Assembly: GCA_001662655.1 (NCBI GenBank)
Contig: KV460257.1
DNA: 64,000 bases
Origin: Pseudogymnoascus verrucosus
Taxonomy: Eukaryota
Direction: 5' to 3' (one strand)
Below the pieces are notes generated by a model that saw nothing but the letters and a program-made list of their open reading frames with translations, ran no database searches and was not told the DNA's origin. A program made the translations under genes and the position numbers. Positions 1 through 13,042 of the stretch are shown here, in pieces. Position 1 is the stretch's first letter; each line of letters opens with the position of its first letter.

Positions 1-651
1 CACAATTCTCACCCCTCCAATTGTATACTCGTCCGCCCCCGCCCCGCCCCTAACCCTCACCCTCTGCAGTCCATAAAGTTCCGCAGCCTGGTAACACAGA
101 AACGCCCTTGCTTGCACCGTCAAAGCATGCGCGTGGTTCCAGCGATAGGTACTCATCTTCGACGCCTTAGCAAGGTCGTCCAAAGCTCTTTGTTGCCGGG
201 CTGCGAGGCCGTTCCGCGCTTTTTCGAGAGCCCGCTGCCGTGCTGCTAGGGCGGCTTTGCGGGCTGCGATGGAGGCGCGCGCATGCGTGAGGGAGAGGCG
301 CAGGGTGTCGGCTTTGAGGATTATTTCAGCTGTGCGTGCTGCGGAGGCGTCGCGCTCGGAGAGGGTGACGGAGAGGGCGAGTGCGAGTTGTTCGGGGGTG
401 CGGTCATCTGTGGGGGGTTCGGTGGAGGGGGGGTTATAGGTGTGTTCTTTCCCCTCGGAGGGGGAGGAGGACGAGGGGTCTTCGGTGGTGAGGGCTGCGA
501 TTTTCTGGCTTAGGGCGTCGTTTTGGAGGAGCACTTCGGCGTGGCGGAGGCGGGACTCGTAGAGTTGGTTTCGGGCGTCGGTGGCGCAGAGGAAGGGGAG
601 TTTGCGGCTGCCGGGGCGGAAGCAGATGTCGCAGTGAATTTTGCCGTCCAT
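1..651 (-). CDS. Atg14/UVRAG-like autophagy PI3K-complex subunit, 5' part (runs off the window)
   Basis: Manual minus-strand translation from ATG 651: MDGKIHCDICFRPGSRKLPFLCATDARNQLYESRLRHAEVLLQNDAL, then a coiled coil, then ARAFLCYQAAELYGLQR...EYTIGG. Resembles fungal Atg14-family N-termini. Absent from the ORF track because it has no stop within the window. Confidence 0.7.
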   Translation of the reverse strand, partial: MDGKIHCDICFRPGSRKLPFLCATDARNQLYESRLRHAEVLLQNDALSQKIAALTTEDPSSSSPSEGKEHTYNPPSTEPPTDDRTPEQLALALSVTLSERDASAARTAEIILKADTLRLSLTHARASIAARKAALAARQRALEKARNGLAARQQRALDDLAKASKMSTYRWNHAHALTVQARAFLCYQAAELYGLQRVRVRGGAGADEYTIGGVRIV

Positions 652-1152
652 TTTGTAGGTTTGCGGATGTGAAGCCTTGGGATGTGCTCGAGGTGGGATG
701 AGGAGATAGGCGGTGTCGGGCCTTGTAGGTATGTCGATAGGCACAGCCTGCGATGTGATTGAGTTTCAGCGAGGAGATAGCATCGTTATATATGGTGTTT
801 CGGAGCTGATATATTCGGCTTTGAGGTGTGTCTTTCAGTTGCTTGGAGATTCGGAGACTATGGGTCGTTCACGCATCGTCTGAAGGTAGTCACGATGGTA
901 ACCTGGGTCGATTAATCTTATCTTATCTGCACGTGATACGGCGTGTGTACCTGCCTATCAATAGCCTCGCTGCGAGGCTCACATATAAATAGAACTGCAA
1001 GGTCAATCACCACGACATATCACCATAAGATCAAGACTTGAGAATAAATAATTCTGAATGTGAAGCTACCAACCAATTACCTGGTCTTCCAAGCCGGTAT
1101 CAGCTTTGCTACTTTCTCAACTCCAGAAAAACAAACCCCAACCCACATCACA

Positions 1153-1889
1153 ATGGCCCAGGATGAGAGCCCCACAATCCAAGTAGAGGAAACGCAGTAC
1201 GATGCCAACAAGGAGCCATATGTCCAAGCATCCCAACCCGATCCCAAGAACAAAGAATCCCCTCCAACCGCCCAGAAACCCAAAACCCCAGGCCAACTGA
1301 TGACACCAGCCACCCCTCGCACCAGGGCGGAGTCTGCTCAAACTCCTCCCCTCGGCCCCGCGCCCAGCCTGCCATCTCAATACCCAGTGCCGCAGAGCCC
1401 AAGCCAGGAGAGCGACGATGGCAGCTCTGAGAATTCAGATGATGGACCTAAGGAGGCGCACCGTGAAAAGGAAAAGGTTGATCCGCACGTGCTTCCCCAG
1501 TTTGACTGGGAGGGGTTGGAAACGGAGTACTACGCCGCTTTGAGCAGGGCGAACGATGTTGAGGCAAATCTCAACGAGGAGTTCAAGGCGCTTGCTAATG
1601 TGAGGACTTCGTTACGTCTTATCTGCCATTGCACTTTTCTGACAAATCTCATAGTTCTTCGCTCAATGGTCCAATATGTCGCTTGCAAAAGACGAGGAGA
1701 GGGCTGTGAAACGGTTCAGGACGAGGCAGGAGCATGTGTTTCACTCGGAAGACAAGTTTTCGAAGAAAAAAGAACACCGTAAGTGGCGATCTTTGGCGTT
1801 GTGTGGGTATATATGCTGACTACTTTGCAGATGAGGAGGTGGTTAAGGCGCTTAAATCCGTGATGGCGCTTATGCACCACACTAATTGA
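1153..1889 (+). CDS. Fungal hypothetical protein (Pro/Ser-rich N-terminus, helical/coiled-coil C-terminus), 2 introns
   Basis: ATG 1153. Introns ~1600-1654 and ~1779-1830 (GT...AG). Splicing gives ...FDWEGLETEYY...FFAQWSNMSLAKDEERAVKRFRTR...HHEEVVKALKSVMALMHHTN* (TGA 1887-1889). Divergent from the atg14-like gene. Confidence 0.7.
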
Positions 1890-2351
1890 GTGGGTTCTGT
1901 TAATGGATGCAATGAAATGCGCAAGAGCTGGGGGTGAATGGATGGCTGGAGAGGTTGTGATGTGAAGTATGCTACCAAGGTCAGGGGACAGAAGCGTGGA
2001 TGGCTCAGCTCTTTGACAGAGCTGGGGAAGACGAGAAGACTTCTTGGAGGAAATAAGAGTCGCTTCAGAGGACCGTCCAGCTAGGTGCGGGCGTATTGGC
2101 TTGGTTGCTTTGCTTTTGAATTGGCGCATCCAACATCAAAAGGCCAGGACGGTGTCGATATATTACAGCTACATGCTTTGATGAAGCATTGCTATTGCTG
2201 ATGGAGATAAACGAACATACATAGTTATACATAATACCAATCAAAATGTCAAAAACAGTCAAATTTCATGATTGGACGTAGCTTTATTTCATATACCGTG
2301 CTAAATAGCTCGCACGCATAGAGCACGCTCGACAATAACAAAATAGATCGC

Positions 2352-4114
2352 TTAAAAATGCTCCTTCCAAAACGAGAAGTTAACATCCGGCGTCGTAACC
2401 TCCTTACACGCCTTCTTGATCCCCCTAGCCGCCGCACTCGGTCCGCAGAAGTACACCCCGACATCCGTCCTCATCGTGCCCTCCAGCCCACTCATATACG
2501 TGCGGTCCATAATACCCTCACGCATCCCCGTCAACAGGCGGTGAAAGTCGGGACGCCCGAAGTTCGTGCGTGTCTTGAGCTCAGTGAGCGGGTCAACGTC
2601 AGAGCCAACACTGTTAAGCACGATGTTCTGTGCGGTATCTGCGTCGAGGCGCTGTGTAAGGTAGGTGTGGATGCGCAGGAACTCGGTGCCAGAGGAGCCT
2701 GGGATGCTAGCAGCCTCGAAGGACTGAGCCTCGAGCGAGGACAGCAGGGTTTGGAACCACTCGAAACTAGTGGTGTCTTTGCAGACCCAGATGAACTCGA
2801 CACGGCGCAGACGCTTTGGCGGGTTTGGGCTGTTGCGGAGATGCCAGATGTTCTTGAGGATGGCAGCCCAGGGGGTGACACCGATACCGGTTCCGATGAG
2901 GACGGCGATTTCGTTGTCGAAGACATCTTCGGCGGGAGCACCGTAGGGGCCGTCGATGCGGAGCTTCGGCATCTGTTGTCCGTTTTGGAGGGCGACTTCG
3001 TACATGCCGTTGGGATCGACGCCGTCGTAGAGTTTGGCTTGGGCGGGACCGGCGCCGAGGGCGTCTCCGAGGGCGCGGGTGAAATCACCGACTTGGCGGA
3101 CGTGGACGGAGATGTAGGGGTCGAATGGGCAGGAGGTGATGGTAAAGGGATGCCATTGCTGGCGGGACACTGAAGGAACTTGAAGGAAGAGCCATTGGCC
3201 TGCCTTGTACTTCATCGATGGCTTCTTGAATTGGATCTCCATGGCGTCTGATAAGGCGTTAGTAGGAACTTGGTAATGAACGATTGTATTACTTACCATA
3301 TGGATGGCGAATGACGCGGATGATCTCCGTCTCTCTTCTCGCACGAATCTCACGGTAGAGGCGCTCAGCGAAGTAGAGGCCGCCTCCCCAAAGCTCCCAT
3401 CTCCATCCTTCGTACCCAACGCAGTGGTCCCAGAAGTCTTTTCCGGCAAATGGAGAGAAAGGATCCGCGGTGTCTCGCACAAAGCATCCAGTCGCATGCG
3501 TATATAATCCAAGCAAAAACGGGATAAATAGATGGTGCGTATACCAAAAGGTCTCAAAAGATTGTTGGCGAATCTTCGCATGTGCAGTTGTGTACATAAG
3601 AAGCATGCAGAGGAGCATGATATGTCCTGTGATACCACCGGCTTGAGCGTAATGGATCTGGATTGCGGTAACGGGACGAATCTGTGTCTTTTCGACGTTG
3701 AAGAAGTTCACGTAATGGGCCGAGACGTGGATGACCGTGTATACCAGCATCGAGTATGCGACCTGGCGATGGAACCATTGCGACTCGTCGAGAGGCAGGA
3801 ACCGGACCTTTGGTCTGACCCATCGTAATATGTTCCTGCACATCGGTAACAGAATCATGGCCCCATCGACCGATAGAACGAGACCCGCGCCTCGTGATAA
3901 CCACACCGAGTATGTCAATGTATTCAGCCCCGCTAACCTTTCGTCCATTGATTGCTTGTACCTGTAAAACGTTAGATGCTACTCAACTCCCACGCCAGAG
4001 GAAAACTACTCACCATCCCAAGGCGAATAAGCCGATGTGACCGCCATGGAACAAGACGTTGAAGACCAACTTCGTCCCCCACAGCTGATTCTTCACAGCT
4101 TCCAAAAACCCCAT
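2352..4114 (-). CDS. noxA: NADPH oxidase A (gp91phox-like), 2 introns
   Basis: ATG 4114 (MGFLEAVKNQLWGTKLVFNVLFHGGH). Haem-binding His residues (FHRQVAY, HVSAHY, YTHHLF), FAD motif HPFTITS, IDGPYG, NADPH motif GTGIGVTP, VYFCGP and C-terminal FWKEHF. No NoxB N-terminal extension. Confidence 0.95.
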
Positions 4115-6420
4115 AATTACTGCGTTCTATATCTTGCTCTGTCGTTTCGTATTAATGTCGTCCAGCGACTGCTCCCTGAGTATGTTCAGGGTATCCAAAA
4201 AGTATAGTTGAGAAATCAGAATCGACCTAGAGAGCGACTATCAAGGCACTCCTTGGCGATTAAGAATAAGACCACTGGGGTCGACGAAGTAAAGGACAAA
4301 GAATGTAAACACTGGCCCACGAAACCCAAAATATCGCCGGTATCACCAAGATTCAAGAAAGATGCGACCAACGGGGAGGGCGTCTGATAATAAAGGTTCC
4401 TGTCACAAGTTTCGGGACCGCGGCCAGTTGGTTACGGGGCTAAATCAGGACCAATACTATCTTGAGACACGGGATATGGTATAGTCTACGGCGATGGAGG
4501 GGTCCGCGCATGGGGTTCCTCGGAAACCCTCTTTGCTGCTCTTCCTGACAGGCTTGTCCCGTCTTGCGACCCTGGCGCAACGCCGTGACTGGCCGTTTAC
4601 TCGGATGTTCCTAAGCCAAGGTTTCGCGCTGTAGCATTCGCAAGAGATCAATCGAAAAATTCTGTATGTGGGTATAGATCGTGGTTCATCAAGGTCGTGA
4701 AGGGGTGTGTGCGCCAGGCGATGAGACGTGGAGTGTATGAGAAGTTCGGTCTGGCAGCGTGCCGAGTGTTTGGGGTTGCAGCGGCAGCTGGGGTCTCGAA
4801 GATGCTGTCAATGCGCACGAAAGGGGAAGGCGATTGTTGTTCGAATAGCGGGAGCCGAAAGATACGGAATCGATATCGTCGAGAGCAAGAAATAAATCAT
4901 CAATGGGGTCATGTCATGTCAAGAGAAGAGCAGAGGAGGTTCAAGAGTACATGAACTATATGGGACGAGGAGAATGGTCCCTGGTGGGACGAGGATCTGA
5001 TGTTGCATGGGTCAGTCCACTCGTGGCTTGGGATGGGCGCTTCGCGGTCCAGTTGAATTCGCGAGACCGCTGTATCACGGTCAATCACGACCACTAGGGT
5101 AGCAACGAGACAAGCCAAGGGCCAATATTCAAACCCACTCCTTGAGGACGGTACTGAATGGAGTAAGGGGAATTGCTGGTGTTATTTTGGTTCTTTGGTT
5201 ATTTGGTATTTGGTTATTTTGGGAATTGTTGGGAGTTGTTGGTTTGCTCATTGGGGCCTTGTTAGACGAAATAGCGTCTTGTTTCCCCAATGAGGTCGTG
5301 GCTTCGGCCGGTGCCTGGTTCTCCACGTGTGAAGTTCCTGGCAAGTCTGACGTCTGATGTCGGAAGTCTGATGACTGATCTATTTGAGATTATCTTGCCG
5401 CCCAGCGCAAACTCTATTCGTTTCGTCGCATAAACATCGTCGTGATCTATCCGATCCGAATGCCATGAAACGCTGCCGTGGGAGGTGAGACGGATGCTCC
5501 CTAGTGGCCCGCTTTGAACCCACAGCAGTGTTTGCGCTGCACGATGACGGCTATCACGAGATAGATTGCTTGACAGGTACAGCAAGGATAAAGTTTGATT
5601 GTGCAAGGCTCCCAAAGGCTCGCACGAGAACCGGGATAGATCTCACGGTTTTTCGTCGCTCACCTTATTAAGTGCCGTGATCCGTCGTGGCAGGTACCAG
5701 GCCGCTCCTGTCGGTTGTTCCTAGCATCTTACAACCCATTGGCTCTCAAGAGTTTATCTCATGAAAATAATAGGTTGCTTGCCGTAAAAGGGGTACCGTC
5801 GCCGCTACAACCCCCGTGGCGGACGCGTGCAATCCCCATGGCCGTCGCTATCGCCATCTGGCCGCCAACGAGTGCGTCGCTTTGTCATACCATACCTTTC
5901 AGAACTGTCTGCCACATTGCTGGGCGCGCATTCTGAGCCCACGACTCTTCATTTGGCACTCAATCATTGTCTACTACTCCCTTTCTGGGACTAAACATTA
6001 TGCAGACATGTCTAATATTTCGTAGGGTTGCACCTCCCATATTGTGACTAAACCAGTTATCACCATACACAGCAATTGTGGCTGGTGCATTGCTACGACC
6101 GGTGAGGTTTATGGCAATAACTAGTGTAGCCACAATATGCGAGTTGACACCACTCGAAGCACCCTACCTAAGACATAGTTGGATTGAATTTTAAGATATA
6201 TATAGGATTTACGGCAAGGCTATTCAGCTGTGATTCTCCAAGCTTTAAAGATCAACTATATCCACCCTTCTCCGAGGAACTAATATCTATCTATATACTG
6301 CCAAATATTGAGGAAATAGCCACGACACGTATTCAAGTAGTTTGGTTACTGTTGTCACCTACTAGGAGATTTTCTTCTTCTGGTCACTCTTCATAGTCAT
6401 CCCCTGATATAGGTGTGTAG

Positions 6421-7369
6421 TTGTACTCACCTCTGATGTCTCAGCCCCTCCCTGGTGCTCTCCCTGGTGGTGGTGATGTTACGACCCAGCTCCCTGATAG
6501 TGGTGATGTTGTCGCCAAGCGCCCTCTTAGTGGTGATGTTACCATCCAGCTCCCTGGTAGTGGTGGTGGTACTATCCAGAACCCCGCTGCTGGTGGGCTC
6601 CCTGCTGATGGTGTTACCGCCCCAGCTGTCTGCTATGCTATTTGCAATGAGTCCCCAGTCTCAAATTGTCGATTATCTCTCACATAATGGCTAGATAATG
6701 CTAGTATTGTGGCCCAGACCATGGTAAGGTCGCCTGCACTTTGCGGCCCGGATTCTGCTTTCATAACAAGTTATAACGCCTGCACGAAATGTATTGCGGA
6801 AAATAGATTTAAATCGGATGAAAGCTCCCCTCTCCCACAATTTGGAGAGGTTCTTAGTTACTGCAACTTAGCACTTGCTACTTCCACGGTCACCCTCACC
6901 ATGACAGATGGCAAAATAACGACAATTGTTTATATCGTTCCAGAAACGGCATCCGTATCAACTACAGGCTCAGCATCTTCACCGCCAGAGCGCGCATCAA
7001 CCGCCACCGCCACCACCTCCTCCTCGACTACATCCTCGACGACACCCTCGATGACATCCTCGATGGCATCCCCGACGATATCCCCGATGGTATCCCCAAC
7101 GATAACCCCGACACACCCCATTCATCAACAACGAGCAAAGCCTGGATAGCTGGCCCAGTCGTCGGTTCCATTGCCGTGTTGGCGCTCATCCTCATCTTTC
7201 TTCTTTACATTCGGAAAAGGGGTCAAAAAACAACTATCACGCATAATGAGTCGGGTTTACAGTATGAGAAAGCAGAGCTCCATGGCGACGATGTGATAAA
7301 GCCTACTTATGAGGTAGAGACTCATGAGATCCACGAGGTTGAAGGGTCATATCCTCATCCGGCCGAATG
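6421..7369 (+). pseudogene. Ser/Thr-rich single-pass membrane protein, frameshifted and 3'-truncated
   Basis: Cys-rich segment (CYAICN...CGPDSAFITSYNACTKCI) and a Ser/Thr stalk. A frameshift near 7120 separates the stalk from SKAWIAGPVVGSIAVLALILIFLLYIRKR (TM) and the tail YEKAELHG...HEVEGS. The tail runs directly into the antisense of the GH172 gene. The true start is uncertain. Confidence 0.6.
6445..6610 (+). repeat. ~30-bp degenerate coding tandem repeat (GGTGATGTTACxAxCCAGCTCCCTGxTAGT)
   Basis: About 4-5 copies encoding GDVTTQLPDS / GDVVAKRPLS / GDVTIQLPGS / GGTIQNPAA. A 12-bp TCCTCGAYGACA-type repeat also occurs at ~7021-7110. Confidence 0.8.
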
Positions 7370-8297
7370 GGAACGCATTCTTCTGCATGCCCCATCCCTG
7401 ACTAAAGTAGTCTTCACCACCGGTGCCGTGCATGCTTGGGGGCCAAGTGTCATCATCGATAAAGATCATGTCATCGCCCTCGCCCCACCACGTCCCTTGG
7501 AAATGCAGCACAGAGTGATTACATCCGATGAAGGCGCCTGCTCCTTCGGTTTCGAGAATGGTATAGTTGCCTTTGCCGTCCAAGTTAGGCACTTGGGTTT
7601 CGAGGCTGTTCGTTTGTGTGTTTTGTGCAGCCCACCCTTTCGTTGGGTTCTCTCGTCGCCAGTGTGCGTGAAAGTAGAGGATCTCTGAGGGATTGAACGG
7701 AGCTGGACGAAGCTCGTAGTCGATGTAAAAGTATTGGATGTAGGCGTTCTCGCCTTGGTTTTCAATCTCGATTCTTGCACGCTTGTTGAACGGCATAGGG
7801 ACATAGCAGTTGAACGCGGCATTTCCACCGAATTTCTTCTCTTCCGACGGCTTAACACTGACGGTAAATGGCGTAGACTGGAAATTGGCGGCCATAGAAT
7901 GACCCAAACAGAAGAAATCTCCGATGGGTGCTATGACATTAGGCGTCTCGGAGTCATCCCAGTACATCTTGATGATAATTTTTCGGTAATAATCTGGATC
8001 ATTGTCTTCGTAGTTCAGACCCAGAGCATTGTGGATCTCCATCATGGCAACGCCCGATTTCGAGTATGGGATCAGTCCGGGACCAAGAATGCGGCGACAG
8101 GCCTGAACAAACCACAAGTGAGTAATTTTGCCCGGGCCTTCAATATCACACAAAATGGCAGTCTCGCCTGGTTGGACGATAAAGGCGTCCTCGTTCAGCC
8201 CGGATTGATCCCAGCTGGAAATTCGAGCACTGCGCGCAACCTTGCGTTGCGCTGCAGCCGACATCAAGTCGCCATCAAGAAAGGCGGAGGTTGACAT
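7347..8297 (-). CDS. DUF2961 / glycoside hydrolase family 172 (difructose-dianhydride / alpha-fructofuranosidase / D-arabinofuranosidase family); intronless, probably C-terminally truncated
   Basis: Family motifs RISSWDQSGLNED, DIEGPGKITHLW, MYWDDSETPNVIAPIGDFF, NCYVPMPF, YFHAHWRRE, WWGEGDD and GTGGEDYF. Ends abruptly at GWGMQKNAFPF-GRMRI*. Confidence 0.88.
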   Translation of the reverse strand: MSTSAFLDGDLMSAAAQRKVARSARISSWDQSGLNEDAFIVQPGETAILCDIEGPGKITHLWFVQACRRILGPGLIPYSKSGVAMMEIHNALGLNYEDNDPDYYRKIIIKMYWDDSETPNVIAPIGDFFCLGHSMAANFQSTPFTVSVKPSEEKKFGGNAAFNCYVPMPFNKRARIEIENQGENAYIQYFYIDYELRPAPFNPSEILYFHAHWRRENPTKGWAAQNTQTNSLETQVPNLDGKGNYTILETEGAGAFIGCNHSVLHFQGTWWGEGDDMIFIDDDTWPPSMHGTGGEDYFSQGWGMQKNAFPFGRMRI

Positions 8298-8906
8298 GTT
8301 TGTAAATAGAGGAGTTGTCTCTTGGTGAATGGTAAATTGTAGAGCAGCGAGGACTCGATGATAATTTACTCGATGTGTGAGAGAATATGAATGGGAGAGG
8401 AAAGTCGAAAGGGGAGTTCAATGATGATAGTTATACTTTTCAGAAAGTGGGCTGAGAGTCGCCCGCCATTGACTTACATGACCACATGCACTTCGCTGAT
8501 GCAAGTTGCAAAGACGAGGATCCTGTGAATCCACTCCATGATACCGCAACGAAAGACGCGAGTGCAGCCGATTTGAAGTCATACCAGCGCTGGTGTGGGG
8601 ATTCTAATTCTGTAGCCGGCGTCTTGGAAGGGGGGAGAAGCGCGACAGCGTCCGGACATCTCATCGTTATCGGAGCAACCATCCCTATTTCCGCGAAGTG
8701 AGGAGTGGGTGGGGCATTTCCCCACATCCAAAACTTGGGGCACTGCGGGGTAACCCTGCTCGGAGACATTAACCCCGCTTGGCAGTCGTCTACCACACCA
8801 GTATATTTAACTTCTCGCGGACATCCTGCCTTTACCCGCTGATGCCTTCTCGTCCTGCAGAATATTTGTCCCTTCACCTCGGAAGCAAACCCCGATAGTC
8901 CTCAGT

Positions 8907-11067
8907 ATGAAAATGATGGAGCAGGATACACCCCATGAATATGATGGCCAGCGGAGCAATACAACTAGTCCCCGAGGCTGTTCTTCTCCACCACTGTCGC
9001 AACCTGTGGCCCCACGATCTCGACCGACCCTCCGAACAAGGACAAGAAAGAAATCAGCCATTGCGTGTAATACATGCCGTGCTAGACGGACAAAATGTGA
9101 CAGCCAGAGGCCCTCATGCTCGTACTGCCAGTCTCGTAACGTCAACTGCCACTACCCACAGCCTGTAGCAGCTCCAGAAACTAGGTATGAAAGCCCTTAG
9201 GTTGCCAATCTCTTCTTGCAAATATGCTTAATACTAGTGTCTTTCTTCCACGAGTAGAACAAGTGCTAACGTAACGCTAGCAGATATGAAGTTGAGCTTT
9301 CTACCATCCGTCAACGTCTCGATCACCTAACTAGTATTCTTGAGGGTAGCTCCTCGCCGAGGCCCCTACCTGAAACTAGCGGAGCAGTGGATTCCACGAC
9401 GACAAGAGAACAATTAACTGATTTTGGAAATACCCCATATAAACTGCTCAACACGCGACGCATGATGGCTGCCTTAGGCCTAGGAGAGGATATTGTCGAT
9501 GAGCTTACTAGGCTAGAAAGGATTCCTTTGGCATCCCTGGGCGCTACTGGCGCTTCTCGGTTATGCTTTGTCCAGCATCACCAAGCTGCTAGGTAAGCTA
9601 CTACGTTTTCTAGAATATTTACTTATAATGTGGCCTAATACCCATGTTTATAGCGCCCTAGCGGCTTTCTTTGAGAACGTCCATATCTGGTATCCAATCC
9701 TAAGCCCTGGATTTTCTAAACAGTACCTTAGCATCATATCCGGGCCGTTGACACCATCTCCCAATTCATGTCTTGTCCTACTAGTGGCTGCAGTTGGACT
9801 CTTGGCCCAGGAAATTGTTTCCAATGGCGAGCTCATCGAAAGCACACACAGCTCGTACTTTGAGGCTGCAATGACAATGTTGCCAATAGTCGTGTCAGAC
9901 TGCGAGTTAACTAGCGTAAAATGTTTAGTTCTAATCAGCATCTACCACTGCTGTCTTCTCAAGCCTTATCAGGCACATAACTACTGCCTTATTGCGTCCT
10001 CCAAGATACAAAATCTTCTCAAAAGGTAGGTGCATTTATACTGCATAGATGACGCTTAGTATGGACTAATGTTGAAACTATAGTTGTGCTAGCATAGAGC
10101 AATGCACTCCGGAGACCCACGAACAGGCAGTTCGAGTTTATTGGGCTGTTTTATTGCTCGAAAGGTGAGCTTGGTCACTCCTACCTAATCTTGCAGTTTT
10201 CTAAAACGTTTAGTGAGCTTGGCGTGAATTTTGATGTTGCAAATAGCGGCATATGGACCCTAGATGAACACGTCGGACTTCCAGACTGCAGCGACACATG
10301 CCAATATGACATTGGGGTTGGGTCCCCTCTCGCAGTATTGTCTCCTTCAAGCGTATCATCAACAGCTAGTGCAGACATAAATAAAGTCCAATCGTATTTC
10401 CTCGCGGAGATTTCTATGAGACGCATGTTACGCAGATGTAACACTGCGATTGGACGAGGTGCAAACGGAACAATATGCTATGCGCCAGGAATCGCAGTCG
10501 AGCTTGAATTACAGTTGGATGAGTGGTATAACTACCTACCGGAAGTAATTCGATTCCATCTAGATTTCGCCACTACGACGTTTGAAGTTCCGCTAGATGA
10601 ATGTCCGCTCCGTAACTTCCTGCGCGTGCAGTATTACTGCTGCAAGGTTGCAATATACTGGCCTGCAGTATACCAGGTGATGGAAGATGGGATTGCGAAT
10701 GGACAACTCCTTGATCATTGCCAAAAATTCTTTGCGTCGTATGTTCAACTCATGCCAAGTATCATAGCCGCTTTCCACGGCTGCATCGTGAATAGGTGGA
10801 CAATATTTGCAAGGTAAGAGATGTTATCCCTTCGCAGCAGTCTCAAATATCTATTACCAAAAATAAAAATAACCTTATAATAGCATATTTACGAACACTA
10901 TGGCTGCTATGAAAGCTGCAAGCACTAGTTGTTTGTATGCCAGTAGTTCTCCGGAGCTATACCAGTGTTTTGCCTTAATAAGAAATGTTGATGAGCGTGT
11001 CATTGAGAGAAGCGCATCTTTGTCTTTGCTAAGGAACGATTTGATGGAGAAACTTGTAGCCGGGTAG
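8907..11067 (+). CDS. Zn(II)2Cys6 transcription factor with fungal TF middle-homology region, multi-exon
   Basis: ACNTCRARRTKCDSQRPSCSYCQSRNVNCHY; AFFENVHIWYPIL; RVYWAVLLLE; ELELQLDEWY. The last exon ends at TAG 11065-11067. Divergent from GH172 and convergent with GH32. Confidence 0.9.
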
Positions 11068-11147
11068 TAGGAAGAAAGGCACCATGAAAATCTGCTGCTA
11101 GGAAAAGCTACGGGATTTGGTATATCTTAATTATTTATTCTAAAACT

Positions 11148-13042
11148 CTAATTTTTAAGCTGTACTTGGCCCAACGGTTCCATGCCATTTAATCCGTCCC
11201 AGAGGCTAATCTTCTCGAATATTGCACTGTTGTCCAACCCCGTTGCAAATGCAGCGATACCATTATTGCCCTCATAATCACAAGTATACACCATTGTTGC
11301 AAGTGCAAAGCGATCATTGGCATAGACTTCGAGAATGTCTCCATCCGAGATGATACGGATCCGAAGTCGCTCTTGTTCCTCCTCACCCGTAGATGGGTCT
11401 CGGGTTTTAAAGAGAGTAAAGGGTCCCTTCTCTGGGAATCTATTGATGTCTTTGTATGATGTTGAGGCGCTGCGATCTACGGTGATCGTTTCGGCGAGGA
11501 GAGAGAAAAACACAGTGGTGCGAATCGATAAGTCTTTGCTGTAGCGCAGGTGAAATCCTACAGTTTCACAACCTGTCGCTACTGATATTGTAGCTTGGAG
11601 CTCCCATGTTGGGGTCGAGGTAACGGCTAGATGTTCATGCTGTATTGAGTTTGGTCGAGGCAGGAAAGTCTCATTCTTCTCATAGGACCAGAAACAATTA
11701 TCGCGCAGACGGCTCATTTCTGAGATGGGTCTGATGCCTAGCGTGTGTAATGTTGTGGAATCGTTCGGTTCTAACTGACGTTCCACGCAGGTAATCTCAG
11801 AAATTTGGCTGCTGAGTGCGCTAATGACGTTTGGGATCGAGAGAAGGAACACTTCGCGTGGGATGGATAAAGCACCATTCCATCCCTTTCTTCGAGCATG
11901 TTCATCCGTGCAATCCTCTTCGGGGATCCAACCATGCACTATCTGCTTATTCGACAGAGGGTCGAGGAAAGAGTTTGCCGCATAGTAACTTCCATGGTCG
12001 AGAATGCCGCCGAATTTGAATTGGAGCTTGATATTGTCTCCTTTCTTAACCAAGTTGCCGGACATCCAGACCTGCTGCCTTACTGTCCTCGGGGAAGTAG
12101 CCGCAGGGAAAATGGAATTGTTAATGTGATCACGCTCAACTTCCCCTTCTGCGCCAATGATGAGAAACTCCCGCGATACCGAGTTGGATTCGAGTGTCAT
12201 GAAATTAGTGCATTCCCAATTGATACCATAATTACCACCCCACTTCTCAGAGGGCTGGTAACTGATTGATAAATCCACCAAAGAACCAAGATAGTCCCAT
12301 TGCCCTAAGGCTTCTGGCTGGATCTCATACAGAAATGTAGTCGGACCTAAACCCGCGATACCGCCAGAGACAAGACCATAAAGCGATTTCCCATTCTTCC
12401 CACGAAGTCGATCCAAAGCAGGCCAATTTGCAATATACGGGTCGCGAAAACCTGTCACGTCAACATCTTGAGGTTCCCCATTTAGTATTGGATTATCGGG
12501 TGATTTTGCCCATGTTGATCCGCCATCATCCGATGTTGCTATGCCCAACCCTGCTGCATTCCGTGGGTATGGCAGCGTGCTCCAATGAAAAGGCAACTTG
12601 AACACGGAGGAATAGAAAACCGTCAGTTGCTTGTTATTTGCATTCGCAACAGGAGCAAAGCAACCCGTAAAGACCCCATCTTGATCATACCCTTTACCTG
12701 GACTTAGTGCGGGCTGGGTTGGCATGTTATTCCAGGTTAGAAGGTCTTTGCTAGTTACATGAACCCACGACATGTTTCCCCATTCAGTGCCATAAGGATT
12801 ACCTATGGCAATAAAGTAATTGTATTAGCTACGAATAACTCGTTGCGACAAAGCATTGCGTAGAGACACTTACATTGGAAGAAGACGTGATATAGCCCAG
12901 TACCTGGATCATATCCTGGGGCACACGGATCGTTTATCCAACAGGGCGCGGTAATATGGATCGTTGGCCGGCTGTAGTGGACGGTTTGGAGGTTTGTCAA
13001 GATGCGATTTGCTGTCTTTGCTTCGATCTGTATCTGGGGCAT
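11148..13042 (-). CDS. Intracellular GH32 beta-fructofuranosidase (invertase/exo-inulinase-like), 1 intron
   Basis: Catalytic motifs WINDP, FRDP and WEC, plus FTG and a C-terminal beta-sandwich (LEVYANDR). No signal peptide. Intron at ~12803-12872. Confidence 0.92.

Noticed and set aside
2358..3173. 271-aa plus-strand ORF and other overlapping ORFs in noxA, myosin I and the acyl-CoA synthetase
   Set aside because: Antisense or alternative-frame shadows of well-supported genes.
7370..7688. C-terminal extension of ORF 7176..7688
   Set aside because: Read-through into the antisense strand of GH172 after the junction, not genuine protein sequence.
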